Of a stretch of DNA of 64,000 nt, positions 21,701 through 31,662 are shown piece after piece. Position numbers and translations under genes: made by a program. Numbering within the stretch: the stretch's first letter is position 1; every line of letters starts with the position of its first letter. The stretch lies in contig CAWCRS010000007.1 in NCBI GenBank assembly GCA_963798085.1, positions 96,001 to 160,000 on the forward strand, given 5' to 3'. Under the pieces are notes generated by a model that was not told the origin of the DNA, did no database searches, and saw only the letters and a list, made by a program, of their open reading frames with translations. Origin of the DNA: an uncultured Gemmatimonadales bacterium (GTDB lineage: Bacteria > Gemmatimonadota > Gemmatimonadetes > Longimicrobiales > RSA9).

Positions 21701-22210
21701 GTTGCGGATGTGCCCGTTCAGGTCCGTCGTGTAAATGGCGTGTTCCGACGATTCCAGAACTGCGGCCAGCATGTGGCGTTCCGACGTGTCGCGAATCAGA
21801 CACAGGGCACAGTCACGGCCCTGCAGATCGCGAAACGCCGTCGCCACCACCACGCCCGTGAAGACCTCGCCGCTCCAGCGCCGCAGCCGCACGACGTGAT
21901 GCGCGCCGTCCGCAGTGGGCGTGCGACCCGGCTCGGGGGCGGCTTCGGCGAGCAGCCGGCTCCAGGGCGTGAGCCGGAGTACCTCGAGCGGCACCGCGAA
22001 GAGTCGTGACGCCGCGCCGTTCGCGTCGAGTATCGCACCGTCGGTCGCGACGATCAGCGTGGCATTGAGACTCTGTTCGAACAGCAGACGGAACAGCGAA
22101 TCGCTGCCAGCCGTGAGCGGCGGCCATGCACTCGCGGATGCAGCACTCTCTTGCCTTGTGGGTTGAACAACGACGGGGTCGCCGTGCGGCAGTCCCGGCT
22201 TCGAGGGCAT
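18707..22210 (-). CDS. Multi-PAS hybrid sensor histidine kinase with receiver domain (CckA-like)
   Basis: About six PAS/PAC domains; H-box GRLAGGVAHDFNN, N-box NLAVNARDAM, G-boxes, and receiver LLVEDD...DLVLTDIIMPGM...KPF. Start uncertain. Confidence 0.93.
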   Translation of the reverse strand: MPSKPGLPHGDPVVVQPTRQESAASASAWPPLTAGSDSLFRLLFEQSLNATLIVATDGAILDANGAASRLFAVPLEVLRLTPWSRLLAEAAPEPGRTPTADGAHHVVRLRRWSGEVFTGVVVATAFRDLQGRDCALCLIRDTSERHMLAAVLESSEHAIYTTDLNGHIRNWSRGAAILFGYGEEEAVGRGVFMLAPLGLASEMERNLSLIREGGHVEHYETVRQTRDGRLISVSVAVAPVRDDAGQVIGAAAIARDITERKRAERARQETEERFRRLAENAPDIIFRFRNAPDPAFEYVSPAVHAITGYAPDDLYADPQLLVRMAHPDDRQQIEEIMRQGPQSYDAPLLLRWTRRDGGLIWVELRVVPVREAGQLIAIEGVARDVTATRRTEQEIRDTRDWLRLALSAANMGLFDRDLRSGVISMTPELAMMMGFEGSVRELSFDRWRSLIHADDMARMLVLHDDLATGRRDAFEAEFRVRTRSGDVKWLFSAGRVVAWDDAGQPLRVLGTISDLTQLREAERARQDMEERHWALFETMAQGAIYQDAAGEILGANPAAARILGVPLENLHGRGAADPLLRAIREDGSELPPAEHPSLVALRTGREVDGVILGVQDAREKRRRWLLVHARPQFRPGQTQPYQVYTTFTDITALRAAQDALLESEEKYRAIVESAPDIIARFDGAMRCLYVSPSIARYDGLPAASTEAATQRCQTFFAEHYSRIEEAVTRVFREAATGDVELSRVAPDGQRQHFICRLHPEFDAAGEVRTAVCIAQDVTARRRLEEQARQSQRMDAVGRLAGGVAHDFNNLITGIKGYSSFLAAGLPLGDPRREDAEEIQKAADRAATLTQQLLAFSRRQVMRPRDLDIVALVEGVVPMMRRLIGDDIELAVRLPDSPALVHADPAQLDQVLLNLAVNARDAMPGGGRLEVRVSTLRVAPGEEQHLGQIEAGEFAVIAVSDTGAGIPEGERAHIFEPFASGGTEQGSGLGLSSVYGIVKQSGGHIFVSSEPGLGTTFRIYLPRLLAGAAAAASTADVHGRGEIVLLVEDDDVVRPLAARTLRGVGYQVVEARDGAQAIERSASLPHIDLVLTDIIMPGMNGRELAHALAQSHPELAVLFMSGYTDEVATRQGMLEPGDALLEKPFTPASLVARVRETLQQGQTGNAPA

Positions 22211-22475
22211 CTTCACCTGCAGGAGCCACGGCCACTGCCGCAGGGGAGGGCGGCGCGCCGTGGTCTCATGGGATACAATTATCGGCCCGCTCACGTTCCC
22301 TGACTGTAGGCGGGCACCTGACGTCCGGGTCAGGGATTCCGCTCGCGTGAGCCGTTGCTGGCCGCAGCACGTCGGGTGGTGGCTTTGTACGGATGGCAGG
22401 CGACGATGCTGCTCCGGGTACCGGCCCGCCCGCCGCGAGCGCGCTGCGCCACGTTCCGCCACGGAGGCTTGTAAC

Positions 22476-23975
22476 ATGGAGTTAGAGAGGGGAGGGGACC
22501 GGCCCGCGCCCATCGAGCTGAGTCCCGATCGTTTCCGCCGGGCCGGCCACCGCCTGGTCGACCGCCTGGCCGACTACCTGGCCGCGCTGCCCGGCGCACC
22601 ATTGACGCGTGCGGCCACACCCGCGGAGCTGCGCGCAATGCTGGGCGCGGGCGCCCTGCCCGAGCAGGGATCGCCCGCCGAGGAACTCCTCGAGGAAGCC
22701 ACCAGTCTGCTGCTCGAACATTCGCTGTTCAACGGACATCCGCGTTTCTGGGGCTTCATCACGTCCTCCGGAGCGCCCATCGGCGCGCTGGCTGATCTGC
22801 TGGCCGCGGCCATCAACCCCAACGCGGGGGGTTGGCAGCTGGCGCCGATGGCCTGCGAGATCGAGCGCCAGACCGTGCGCTGGATCGCCGAGCTGATCGG
22901 GTTTCCGGCGGACACGGGCGGACTGCTGGTGAGTGGCGGCAATGTGGCCAACCTGGTCGGCTTCTGGGTGGGCCGGCGCGTGCGGACACCATGGGACCTG
23001 CGTACGACAGGCTACGACGAAGGCGGGCGCGCGGTGCGCGTGTACGCGTCGCAGGAGACGCACACATGGGTGCAGAAGGCCGCCGACCTCTCGGGCATGG
23101 GCACCAACGCCATCCGCTGGGTGCCCACCGACGCGGCGCAGCGCATGGACATCGCAGCACTGCGCCGGCAGCTCGCGGAGGATCGCGCGGCCGGCGACCT
23201 GCCGCTCATGGTCGTCGGCACGGCTGGCTCCGTCAGCACCGGCGCCATCGATCCGCTGCGCGAGATCGCGGCATTCTGTCGCGAGGAGAATCTGTGGTTC
23301 CACGTGGATGGCGCGTACGGCGCACCCGCCGCGTCACTCCCCGAGGCCAGCCCCGATCTCAAGGCCCTCGCCTTCGCCGACTCGGTGGCCATCGATCCGC
23401 ACAAGTGGCTCTACTCGCCGCTCGAGGCCGGCTGCGCGCTGGTGCGCGACGCCGAGCTGCTGCGCGACACGTTCAGCTTCCATCCGCCGTATTATCCGGC
23501 GCCCGAGCCGCTCACGCCCGACGCGCCCATCTACTACCACGAGTTCGGTCCGCAGAACTCGCGCGGGTTCCGGGCGCTCAAGGTCTGGCTGGGGCTGCGT
23601 CAGGCGGGCCGAACCGGCTGCGTGCAGATGATCCGTGATGACATCGCGTTAGCCAGGCACATGTACCAGCTGGCCGACGCGCACGCCGAGCTGCAGGCCT
23701 TCAGCAATTCGCTCAGCATCACGACGTTCCGCTACGTGCCGCCGGGCCTGAAGCCGGGCGAGGCCGACGACGAGACGCGCATTGATCGCCTCAACCGGGA
23801 GCTGCTCGAGCGCCTGCAGGAAGGCGGCGAAGTCTTCGTGTCCAATGCCGTGCTGAAGGGGCGCTTCGCGCTGCGTGCCTGCATCGTCAACTTCCGCACA
23901 CAGCTCGCCGACGTGGACGCGCTCATCGAGACGGTGGTGCGCGTGGGGCGCGAGCTGCACGCGCGGCAGCGCTGA
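22476..23975 (+). CDS. PLP-dependent group II (aromatic amino acid/aspartate-type) decarboxylase
   Basis: HPRFWGFI, WFHVDGAYG, PLP lysine IDPHKWLY and QNSRGFRALKVW. Confidence 0.92.
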   Translation: MELERGGDRPAPIELSPDRFRRAGHRLVDRLADYLAALPGAPLTRAATPAELRAMLGAGALPEQGSPAEELLEEATSLLLEHSLFNGHPRFWGFITSSGAPIGALADLLAAAINPNAGGWQLAPMACEIERQTVRWIAELIGFPADTGGLLVSGGNVANLVGFWVGRRVRTPWDLRTTGYDEGGRAVRVYASQETHTWVQKAADLSGMGTNAIRWVPTDAAQRMDIAALRRQLAEDRAAGDLPLMVVGTAGSVSTGAIDPLREIAAFCREENLWFHVDGAYGAPAASLPEASPDLKALAFADSVAIDPHKWLYSPLEAGCALVRDAELLRDTFSFHPPYYPAPEPLTPDAPIYYHEFGPQNSRGFRALKVWLGLRQAGRTGCVQMIRDDIALARHMYQLADAHAELQAFSNSLSITTFRYVPPGLKPGEADDETRIDRLNRELLERLQEGGEVFVSNAVLKGRFALRACIVNFRTQLADVDALIETVVRVGRELHARQR

Positions 23976-24180
23976 GCCGGATCACGGACCACCCATCGTC
24001 GCCTGCAATGAGACACGTCCGCAACGCGATCAGGCAAGCCGCAACGGGGCGAGACCGGTGCCGGACCGGCGCGTCGTGCGCATGCGTCCGCCGCTCTATC
24101 ACGGCCATGGTGGCGGGATGGCCGGCCGGTTGCGTCCGGATCGCAGGCCTGCTGGTCCACGAAGCGACTCGGGCATCCGC

Positions 24181-24603
24181 ATGAACACCGCGATTCTCGG
24201 TGTGCTGGAGACCAGCCTCTACGCATTGGATCTCGACGCAGCCGAGCGCTTCTACGTCGACGTGCTCGGCCTCGCGCTGCACTCGCGTGCGGCGGGGCGC
24301 CATGTGTTTCTGCGCTGCGGCACGGGCATGCTGCTGCTGTTCCAGCCGGAGCGGACACGCGTGGCCGGCGGGGAAGTGCCTCCCCATGGCGGGACCGGCG
24401 AGGGCCACGTGGCGCTCGCCGTGCCGGAGACCGACATCGACGCGTGGCGCACACGCCTGCAGGACGCGGGCGTACGCATCGAAGCGGAAGTGACCTGGCC
24501 GCGCGGCGGCCGCTCCCTTTATTTCCGCGATCCCGCAGGCAACAGCCTCGAGCTGACATCACCCCGCATCTGGGGACTGCCAGAGGTGACGGTCACGCCA
24601 TGA
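24181..24603 (+). CDS. VOC/glyoxalase family protein
   Basis: LETSLY..DLDAAERFY..VLGL, GHVAL and SLYFRDPAGNSLEL. Confidence 0.9.
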   Translation: MNTAILGVLETSLYALDLDAAERFYVDVLGLALHSRAAGRHVFLRCGTGMLLLFQPERTRVAGGEVPPHGGTGEGHVALAVPETDIDAWRTRLQDAGVRIEAEVTWPRGGRSLYFRDPAGNSLELTSPRIWGLPEVTVTP

Positions 24604-25079
24604 GCGAGCTGCGCGAGCCGGCCACCATTCGCCTCGCCACGCAGGCGGACGCCAGCGAACTGGCTCGACTGCGCTACGTATTCCGCGCCGAAGAGCGCAT
24701 GCCGACCGAGCCCGAGTCCACGTTCCGCGAACGCTGCCACGAGTGGATGCACGAACGTCTCGACGGTCGCGCCAGCTGGCAGTGCTGGGTGGCGGTGGAA
24801 CAGGGTCTTATCGTCGGTACCATTCGGGTTCAGCTGTTCGAGAAGATCCCCAATCCCGCAGAGGAATTCGAGCGTCACGCCTACATCAGCAACTTCTTCG
24901 TGCTCGACAGCCGGCGAGGCCAGGGTCTGGGCGGGCGATTGCTGACAGCCGCGCTCGACTGGTGTCGTCGCCAGCAGGTCAATGCCGTCATCCTCTGGCC
25001 GTCGAAGCGCAGTCGCCCGATCTACCTGCGCCACGGCTTTGCCGTCAGCGACCAGCTCCTGCAACAGCTGCTCCGCTGA
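24600..25079 (+). CDS. GNAT acetyltransferase
   Basis: AYISNFFV...RRGQGLG and PIYLRHGF; ATGA coupling. Confidence 0.88.
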   Translation: MSELREPATIRLATQADASELARLRYVFRAEERMPTEPESTFRERCHEWMHERLDGRASWQCWVAVEQGLIVGTIRVQLFEKIPNPAEEFERHAYISNFFVLDSRRGQGLGGRLLTAALDWCRRQQVNAVILWPSKRSRPIYLRHGFAVSDQLLQQLLR

Positions 25080-25112
25080 TCCGCGCGCGTGGTTGATTCG
25101 GGATTTCCATCC

Positions 25113-25163
25113 TTGACTGCACGGACCGTGCGGCTCCATCCTTCTTCCCTCACTTTCTGAGGG
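25113..25163 (+). promoter_or_regulatory. Putative promoter plus palindromic operator upstream of PadR
   Basis: TTGACT(25113)-N18-CATCCT; palindrome CCCTCA-N5-TGAGGG (25147-25163) overlaps the SD. Confidence 0.5.
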
Positions 25164-25170
25164 GGACCCC

Positions 25171-25503
25171 CTGGCTCGTGAGCTGGACCTCATCAAGGGC
25201 ACGCTCAATGTGCTCGTCCTCAAGGCGCTGTCCTTCGGGGCACTGCACGGCTATGCGGTGTCGCGCTGGGTGCGCGAGCGCACGGGTGGTGTGCTGGGTG
25301 TGGAAGATGCGGCGCTCTACCAGTCGCTGCACCGGCTGGAGAAGAAGGAGTGGATCGCGTCGGAGTGGGGCGTCTCGGAGAACAACCGGCGTGCGAAGTA
25401 CTATCAGCTCACGACGAAGGGCAGGAAGCGGCTGCGTTCGGAGGAATCGACCTGGCGCGAGTACGCGGCCGCCGTGTTTCGCGTGCTGGACACGTCGTCA
25501 TGA
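25171..25503 (+). CDS. PadR family transcriptional regulator
   Basis: DLIKGTLNVLVLKAL..GALHGYAV...LYQSLHRLE...WGVSENNRRAKYYQLT; the apparent start is CTG at 25171. Confidence 0.9.
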   Translation: MARELDLIKGTLNVLVLKALSFGALHGYAVSRWVRERTGGVLGVEDAALYQSLHRLEKKEWIASEWGVSENNRRAKYYQLTTKGRKRLRSEESTWREYAAAVFRVLDTSS

Positions 25504-25995
25504 TGTGGTGCGCGGCGCACGCTGCCGGTCGGACCAGCGGCGCACGAGTCCGGCCTCGACAGGCGAGACATCGGGCAGCGCATTGCTGATGGCGCGCGCG
25601 TAGCGCCATCTGCCATCATCGCCGCGGCGCAGGATGCACATGGCCTGGCCGGTCATGTGCACGACATCGCCGCCGCGCACGGGCGTGAGCGCGATTTCCT
25701 CACTGGTCCAGGCCCAGGCCCAGTCTCCCTCGACGCGCACTTCCCGTGTGGCCGCCACATGCTGCAGCGAGTAGTGCGACCACATCGTGCGGTAGAGGTC
25801 TTCGACAGCCTGCCGTCCCTCGAGGACTGCGGCGCGTGGTCGCAGGAACACCACGTCATCGGTCACCATGCACAGCATGCGGCCCAGGTTGTGCTCGCGC
25901 TCGGCGCGCAGCCACTCGCGCAGGAAGAGACGCACTTCGCCTGCACTGTCGGCATGCGCAACCGGCTCGCGGTCCTGACGACGCGGCTCCTGCAT
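25498..25995 (-). CDS. NTF2/SnoaL-like (DUF4440) protein
   Basis: VTDDVVFL, EVRVEGDWAW and ILRRGDDGRWR. Confidence 0.8.
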   Translation of the reverse strand: MQEPRRQDREPVAHADSAGEVRLFLREWLRAEREHNLGRMLCMVTDDVVFLRPRAAVLEGRQAVEDLYRTMWSHYSLQHVAATREVRVEGDWAWAWTSEEIALTPVRGGDVVHMTGQAMCILRRGDDGRWRYARAISNALPDVSPVEAGLVRRWSDRQRAPRTTS

Positions 25996-26246
25996 CGTGC
26001 GTTCTCCCACCCGGCATGCACGCCGGTAACAGGATCCAATGCGCGCGCGTTCTGGCGCGGCAACAGAGGCAGCGCAGGCCCGGGATGCGGCGTGCGCTCT
26101 GATGCGGGTTCAATGCCTGACGCGGAACCCGCCGGAAATGTTTGAAGACGGCTGCCCGCGCAGCGGCTTCAACCCGGCCGGTGCGGGGAAGCCGTGGTTG
26201 CGGCGCGATTGTCTCGCGACCTGCCGACAGCGGATGACAGGCGACG

Positions 26247-27624
26247 TCACACGCCGCCGGCGACGTGTAACACGTCTGTCAGCAGCCACCACACGCCGAC
26301 GGTCAGGATGCAGCCGGGAATGATCCAGCGGATCCAGGCGTAGAGCCAGCGGGGTGCGGGCCGGCCGTCGCGGCCCAGCTCGCGCAGCGCCGCCGACTGC
26401 TGCAGGCACCAGCCCACCGTGATGGCGGCGAGCAGTGCGCCCAGCGTCTGCATGCCCGAGCCGAAGGTCAGATCCCAGGGCACGAAGACGCGCAGGTTGA
26501 TCATGGGTGGCAGAGCCAGCGCCATGACGAGCACGGTGACCAGCAGGGTGGCGTGGCGGCGGGCGAGCCGGGTGTTGTCGGTGATGCCGGCGATCAGCAC
26601 TTCCAGTGCGGCAATATCGGAGAGCAGTGCGGCGAGCAGCAGGGACACGAAGAAGAGTGCGGCGAAGAAATGGCCGGCGGGCATGGCCGCGAACACGCGG
26701 GGCAGCGTCTCGAAGATGAGGCCCGGCCCGCTGCCCGGCTGCAGGCCCAGCGCGAAGACGGCCGGAAAAATGGCGAGACCCGCGAGCAGGCCGGCGGCCG
26801 TGTCCGCGCTCGCGGTTAACACCGCATTACGACCCAGCGGCAGGTCTCTGGCGAGGTAGGAGCCGTACACGACCATGAAGGTGCCGCCCAGCGATAGCGA
26901 GAACACCACCTGCCCCAGCGCCGCTACCATCACGGTCGGCGTGAGGTCCGCAACGCGGAACTTGAGCAGGTACCACTGCACGCCCGCCCAGGCGCCGGGC
27001 AGTGTCACGCCGCGCACAATCAGGATGAGCAGAATGCCGAAGAGCGCGGGGACCAGCACGTTGCTGACGGCTTCAATGCCGCGGCGCAGGCCACGCACCA
27101 GCACGGCGGCGCACACCAGCAGCACCGTAGCCGTACAGCCCAGCTGCAGCAGGAACAATGTCGGCACGAAGCCGCTCGCGGGGGGCAGCACCCGCCCCGC
27201 ATTGAAGGCCGGCAGGCGCACGGCTTCGAGCAGATTCTGCAGCGCGAACGCGAGCACCCAGCCGATGGCGTTCGAGTAGTAGGCGGTGGCCGCCGTGACC
27301 ACGATGAACAGGAACCAGCCGATGGGCCGGCCCAGCGGCAGGCCGGCGCGCTGGAACGCACCCACGGTACCGCGTCCCGTGTGCCGCCCCAGTGACCATT
27401 CCGCCATCAGGCCGGGCACACCGATCGCGGCGGCCACGATGATGTAGAGAGATGACGAACGCAGCGCCGCCGAAACGGCCGACGAGGTAGGGGAAGCGCC
27501 AGAAATTGCCGAGACCCACGGCCACGCCGATCATCGCGAGCACGGCGGCGGTGGCAGAAGTGAACGTCGGTCGCTCCGCCGTGCTGTCTTGCGGCGCTGC
27601 CGGCGAGTGCTCCGTGTCTTTCAT
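26247..27624 (-). CDS. Sodium-dependent transporter, NSS (neurotransmitter:sodium symporter) family (frameshift near 27450)
   Basis: GVAVGLGNFWRFPY...GGAAF, GQVVFSLSLG, YGSY and GPGLIF. Confidence 0.9.
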
Positions 27625-27634
27625 GCGGCGGGCG

Positions 27635-28735
27635 TCAGTCGGCGCGCGGGTCGATCAGCGCCTTGATGATGCTTCCATCCGCCACACGGTCCAGTGCTTC
27701 ATTGGCGCGCGCGAGGCTGTAGCGCTCGAGCTGCAGTTTCGTCCAGGGCAATGCACGCTCCGCATCCGCCATGATGCGGATTGCCCGCCAGAAGTGTGAG
27801 AAGTCGGAGCCCCAGCAGCCGCGCACCTCGAGATGCTTGCGGTTCAGCTCGGTGTGCGGATTGAACGGCGTCGCACCGTGATCCGTGTACTGACCCAGCA
27901 CCACGACGCGGCCGGCATCACGCGTGCAGCGCATGGCCTGCGTGACGGCCGCGGGCACGCCGGTCGCTTCAATGGTGACATCGGCGCCCCGGCCGGCCGT
28001 GCGCGCGCGCACCCACTCGAGTCTTTCATCCGGCGACAATGCTTCGATGCTCAGCACCGCGCTTGCGCCGACCGCGCGTGCCGCCGCCAGCCGCACATCG
28101 GGCGCGCCAATGCAGAGCACATCGAGCGCGCCCACCATGCGTGCCAGGATGATGGCGCTGAGTCCGACCGGGCCGCTGCCCAGCACCAGCACGCTGTCGC
28201 CGAGACGGATTTCCGCGCGATCAATGCCGTGGATCGCGGTGGGCAGTCCGCAGCCGCCCGCCATGAACGACTCGGACGCGACGCCATCCATGCGGATGCA
28301 GCGCGTGCCCGGCTTGAGGTACAGCATTTCCGCCCAGCCGCCCGCCAGTACGTCAGCCTCGCCGTAGGTTATGCCGTAGACGCGTCGCTCCGGACAACGC
28401 GTCGTCGCCTTCGCCACGAGGCAGTACCAGCACGCATTGCAGGTGCGGTGCACATCGAGGAAGGTGATGCGATCGCCCTCCGCGAACGCGCGGCCCTCGA
28501 CATCGCGCAGGGTGCCGCGGATCTGCGCGAGCGTGCCCACCGTGACGTGCCCGGGGATGAGCGGGTAGGGCACGCCGGTGAGTCGGCCCGCACGCAGGTG
28601 CACATCGGTGCCACACACTTCGCTCAGCTCGACTGCGAGCAGGGCGGAATCCGGCTCGAGCGCCGGTTCCGCGTACTCGCGGACTTCGGCGCTCCGGCCG
28701 GGAGCCGGGATGACGACGGCGGCAATGCGTCTCAT
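27635..28735 (-). CDS. Zinc-dependent alcohol dehydrogenase (MDR family)
   Basis: CGTD, PGH, structural Zn CNACWYC..C, GSGPVG and GRGADVTIEATG. Confidence 0.9.
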   Translation of the reverse strand: MRRIAAVVIPAPGRSAEVREYAEPALEPDSALLAVELSEVCGTDVHLRAGRLTGVPYPLIPGHVTVGTLAQIRGTLRDVEGRAFAEGDRITFLDVHRTCNACWYCLVAKATTRCPERRVYGITYGEADVLAGGWAEMLYLKPGTRCIRMDGVASESFMAGGCGLPTAIHGIDRAEIRLGDSVLVLGSGPVGLSAIILARMVGALDVLCIGAPDVRLAAARAVGASAVLSIEALSPDERLEWVRARTAGRGADVTIEATGVPAAVTQAMRCTRDAGRVVVLGQYTDHGATPFNPHTELNRKHLEVRGCWGSDFSHFWRAIRIMADAERALPWTKLQLERYSLARANEALDRVADGSIIKALIDPRAD

Positions 28736-28884
28736 GGGCCGCACAATATGGCGGCCGCAACGCGTGGCGGCCAACGCGCGCCGCAGCGGGGTCTTTCTGG
28801 CGGGCATGGATTCCCGCATCTTGTCGGCGCGCGCGGCACACAAGCAGGGGTCGCAGCGCCCGCACCAGCCAACCGGATAACAAC

Positions 28885-31260
28885 GTGCTGAACAGGTCCC
28901 GCTCCGTACGTCGGCAGAGCGAAGCGTACGCGCGGCGAGGCGCCGCGCTGTGCGGCAGCGCCACAGGCGTGATGCTGGCGCTGGCCGCGCTTCCCGTGGC
29001 GAGTCAGGCGCAGGAATCGCGCACCGGCGACAGCCGTCCCGCCATTGTTGCGGTACGCGCCACATCGCCGGTGCACGTGGATGGCATCTTCGACGAACCG
29101 TTCTGGACGCTGGCACGCGCGGTCACCGGCTTCGTGCAGAGCGAGCCGCGTGAAGGGCAGCCGGCCACGGAGCGCACGGAAGTGCGCGTGGCATACGACG
29201 CCGACAACCTCTACATCGCGGCGTACATGCACGACACGGAACCCAATGCGGTGGTGGTCAACGAAATTCGCAAGGACTTCAAGGCGGAGGATCAGGACAC
29301 GTTCGAGCTGCTGCTCGACACCTTCACGGACCGCCGCAACGGCTACGTCTTCATGACCAACGCGGAAGGCGCACGCGGGGATCAGCAGTCGGCAAACGAA
29401 GGACGGGAGGTCAATACCAGCTGGGATGCGGTGTGGACCGTGAAGACGCGTCGCATGCCTGATGGCTGGACCGCGGAGATGGCGATTCCGTTTCGCGCAC
29501 TGCGCTCCGCACGCACGGCGACACCCGCGCCGGCCGTGCAGGCCAATGTGGCGGGAACCGTGGGCGGCGAATCGACGACGCGGCTGCAGTCCGCGGGCGC
29601 GACGCTGCGCGTGGCTGATGCGCAGGCGCCCGTGGTCTGGGGCGTGAACTTCAGCCGGCGCATCCGCCGCCGCAACGAGATCGACTTCTGGGCACCCGTG
29701 CCGCGCGCCTACAACCTCACGCGCGCCTCACTCGAAGGCGATCTGCAGGGCCTGCCCGCGAACGCGGGCGGCCGCGACCTGCGCTTCAAGCCCTACATCG
29801 CGGGACGCGCGCTGCGCGAAACCGGGCTGCGTCACGTCGGCACCACGCAGGACGTGGGCGTCGACCTGAAATACGGTGTCAGTTCCGGGCTGACGCTCAA
29901 TGGCACGGTGAATCCGGACTTCGCACAGGTGGAAGTCGACGAGCAGCAGGTCAACCTGACGCAGTTCAGCCAGTTCTTCCCCGAGAAGCGCGAGTTCTTC
30001 CTGGAGAACTCCGGCGTGTTCTACGTGGGCGATGCGGCGAGGAGCAATCGCGTGTTCACGCCGCCCACGCCCGACGAGGATCTGCTGCTCTTCTTCAGCC
30101 GTCGCATCGGCCTCAACGCCGACGGCGAGGAGATTCCCATCATGGGCGGCGCCCGCCTCACGGGCCACGCCGGCGGCTTCGTGCTGGGCGCGCTCAGCAC
30201 GCAGACGAAGCGCAGCGCCTCTGCGCCCGCCACCAACTACAGCGTACTGCGCGTGCGCCGCAATCTGCTCCGTAACTCCGATGTGGGCGGCATCTTCATG
30301 ATGCGCCAGAACACGGATGAAGGCGACGATTTCAATCGCGTGTACGGCGCGGACTTCAACCTGCGTCTGCCGGCACGCACCGACTGGAACTCGTACCTCA
30401 TCCACACCCAATCCCCCACAGTGGCCGGCGGCGGCTGGGCACTGCGCAGCTCATTCAATCACGAGGGCAATTTCTACCACGGCAAGGGCGGCCTGATGGT
30501 GATCGACGATGGCTTCGTCAATGACATGGGCTACTACCGGCGCACGGGCGTGCACAAATGGCTGCTCGACACCGGCCTGCGGCCGCGTCCGGAACTGCTG
30601 CGCCGCCACGGCATCCGCGAGATGCACCCGCACCTGACATGGGATTACTACACGGACCTGCACGGCGCAATGATCGCCAAGAAGCTGCACAGCGGCTACA
30701 CCTTCTTCCTCGATAATGGCGGCTTCATCGAACTCTCCGCGAACCCGCGCTTCGAGCAGATCGACGCACCGCTGCTGCTGCACCCCGCAGCCGATTCACT
30801 GCCCGCGGGCCACTACGGCTGGAACGAGTGGACCCTCAAGGTGGTGACCGATCCCAGCCGCTTCGCATCCGTGAACTTCACCGGCACCACCGGTGGCCTG
30901 TGGAGCGGCACACAGAAGACCGTGCAGGCGACGCTCGCCCTCAAGCCTTCTTACCGCTTCCGCACCACCCTCGGCGCGCAGCGCACCGACGCCCGCCTGG
31001 ACGCGCCCGTCGGCAACTTCGTGCGCACCATCTGGACCGCGCGCACCAACTACTCGTTCAACACCGGCATGTTCATCGACGCCTTCGCCCAGTACGATCC
31101 CGACCAGAAGCAGTTCAACACCAACATCCGCTTCAACGTGATCCACCACCCCCTGAGCGACCTGTTCATCGTCTACAACGAACAGCGCATTACCGGCATC
31201 GGCGCACCCCTGCCCGGTCGCAGCGTCATCATCAAGGTCACCCGGATGTTCTCTTTCTGA
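28885..31260 (+). CDS. CBM9-like/DUF5916 outer-membrane protein
   Basis: DGIFDEPFW, TEVRVAYDADNLY, GWTAEMAIPF, TVNPDFAQVEVD, FFPEKREFFLE and FFSRRIG; ends in Phe. Confidence 0.88.
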   Translation: MLNRSRSVRRQSEAYARRGAALCGSATGVMLALAALPVASQAQESRTGDSRPAIVAVRATSPVHVDGIFDEPFWTLARAVTGFVQSEPREGQPATERTEVRVAYDADNLYIAAYMHDTEPNAVVVNEIRKDFKAEDQDTFELLLDTFTDRRNGYVFMTNAEGARGDQQSANEGREVNTSWDAVWTVKTRRMPDGWTAEMAIPFRALRSARTATPAPAVQANVAGTVGGESTTRLQSAGATLRVADAQAPVVWGVNFSRRIRRRNEIDFWAPVPRAYNLTRASLEGDLQGLPANAGGRDLRFKPYIAGRALRETGLRHVGTTQDVGVDLKYGVSSGLTLNGTVNPDFAQVEVDEQQVNLTQFSQFFPEKREFFLENSGVFYVGDAARSNRVFTPPTPDEDLLLFFSRRIGLNADGEEIPIMGGARLTGHAGGFVLGALSTQTKRSASAPATNYSVLRVRRNLLRNSDVGGIFMMRQNTDEGDDFNRVYGADFNLRLPARTDWNSYLIHTQSPTVAGGGWALRSSFNHEGNFYHGKGGLMVIDDGFVNDMGYYRRTGVHKWLLDTGLRPRPELLRRHGIREMHPHLTWDYYTDLHGAMIAKKLHSGYTFFLDNGGFIELSANPRFEQIDAPLLLHPAADSLPAGHYGWNEWTLKVVTDPSRFASVNFTGTTGGLWSGTQKTVQATLALKPSYRFRTTLGAQRTDARLDAPVGNFVRTIWTARTNYSFNTGMFIDAFAQYDPDQKQFNTNIRFNVIHHPLSDLFIVYNEQRITGIGAPLPGRSVIIKVTRMFSF

Positions 31261-31266
31261 GGATCA

Positions 31267-31305
31267 GGGCTGGGGCTCGGGCTGGGGCTCGGGCTGGGGC
31301 TCGGG
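31267..31305 (+). repeat. (GGGCTGGGGCTC)3 tract just after the stop codon
   Basis: Read directly from the sequence. Confidence 0.9.
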
Positions 31306-31338
31306 TATTCGTCCGGCTGCGGCGCCTGCCGGGAACGG

Positions 31339-31403
31339 CACGCGGAGAGCGCAGAGAACGGATCGTTTTCACACAGGGGCCACAGGGTCAGCACAGGGCG
31401 GAT
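31339..31403 (+). repeat. Dispersed ~65-bp intergenic repeat (CAC..GAGA.CGC.GAGAAC.GAT..TTTTCACACAGGG.CCACAGGGTCAG..)
   Basis: Matches the reverse complement of 34533-34596 and, in part, 34260-34298 and 34376-34414. Confidence 0.8.
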
Positions 31404-31662
31404 TCATGTGGGGGATCATCAGGGGGCGGGGCGCTCCGCGCTGCGGCCAGCATCGCGCCCGCAGCCTCCCGCGCTCCGCAGCAGCAGAAGGTTGCAATTC
31501 GTCAGTAGCGCTCCCGACGTGATCGAGCATCCCAACGGTGGCCTTCCGCGCCCTCACCGGTCTCTGCGGTGAGAAAGCAATAACAATCCGTTATCAGGTC
31601 CCCCGACATGCCCGGATGCCCGAACCGCGACCCTCCGCGCCTCGGCGCTCTCTGCGGTGGCG

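Noticed and set aside
26010..26246. Riboswitch upstream of the NTF2-like gene
   Set aside because: Several GC hairpins are present, but I could not recognise any aptamer consensus.
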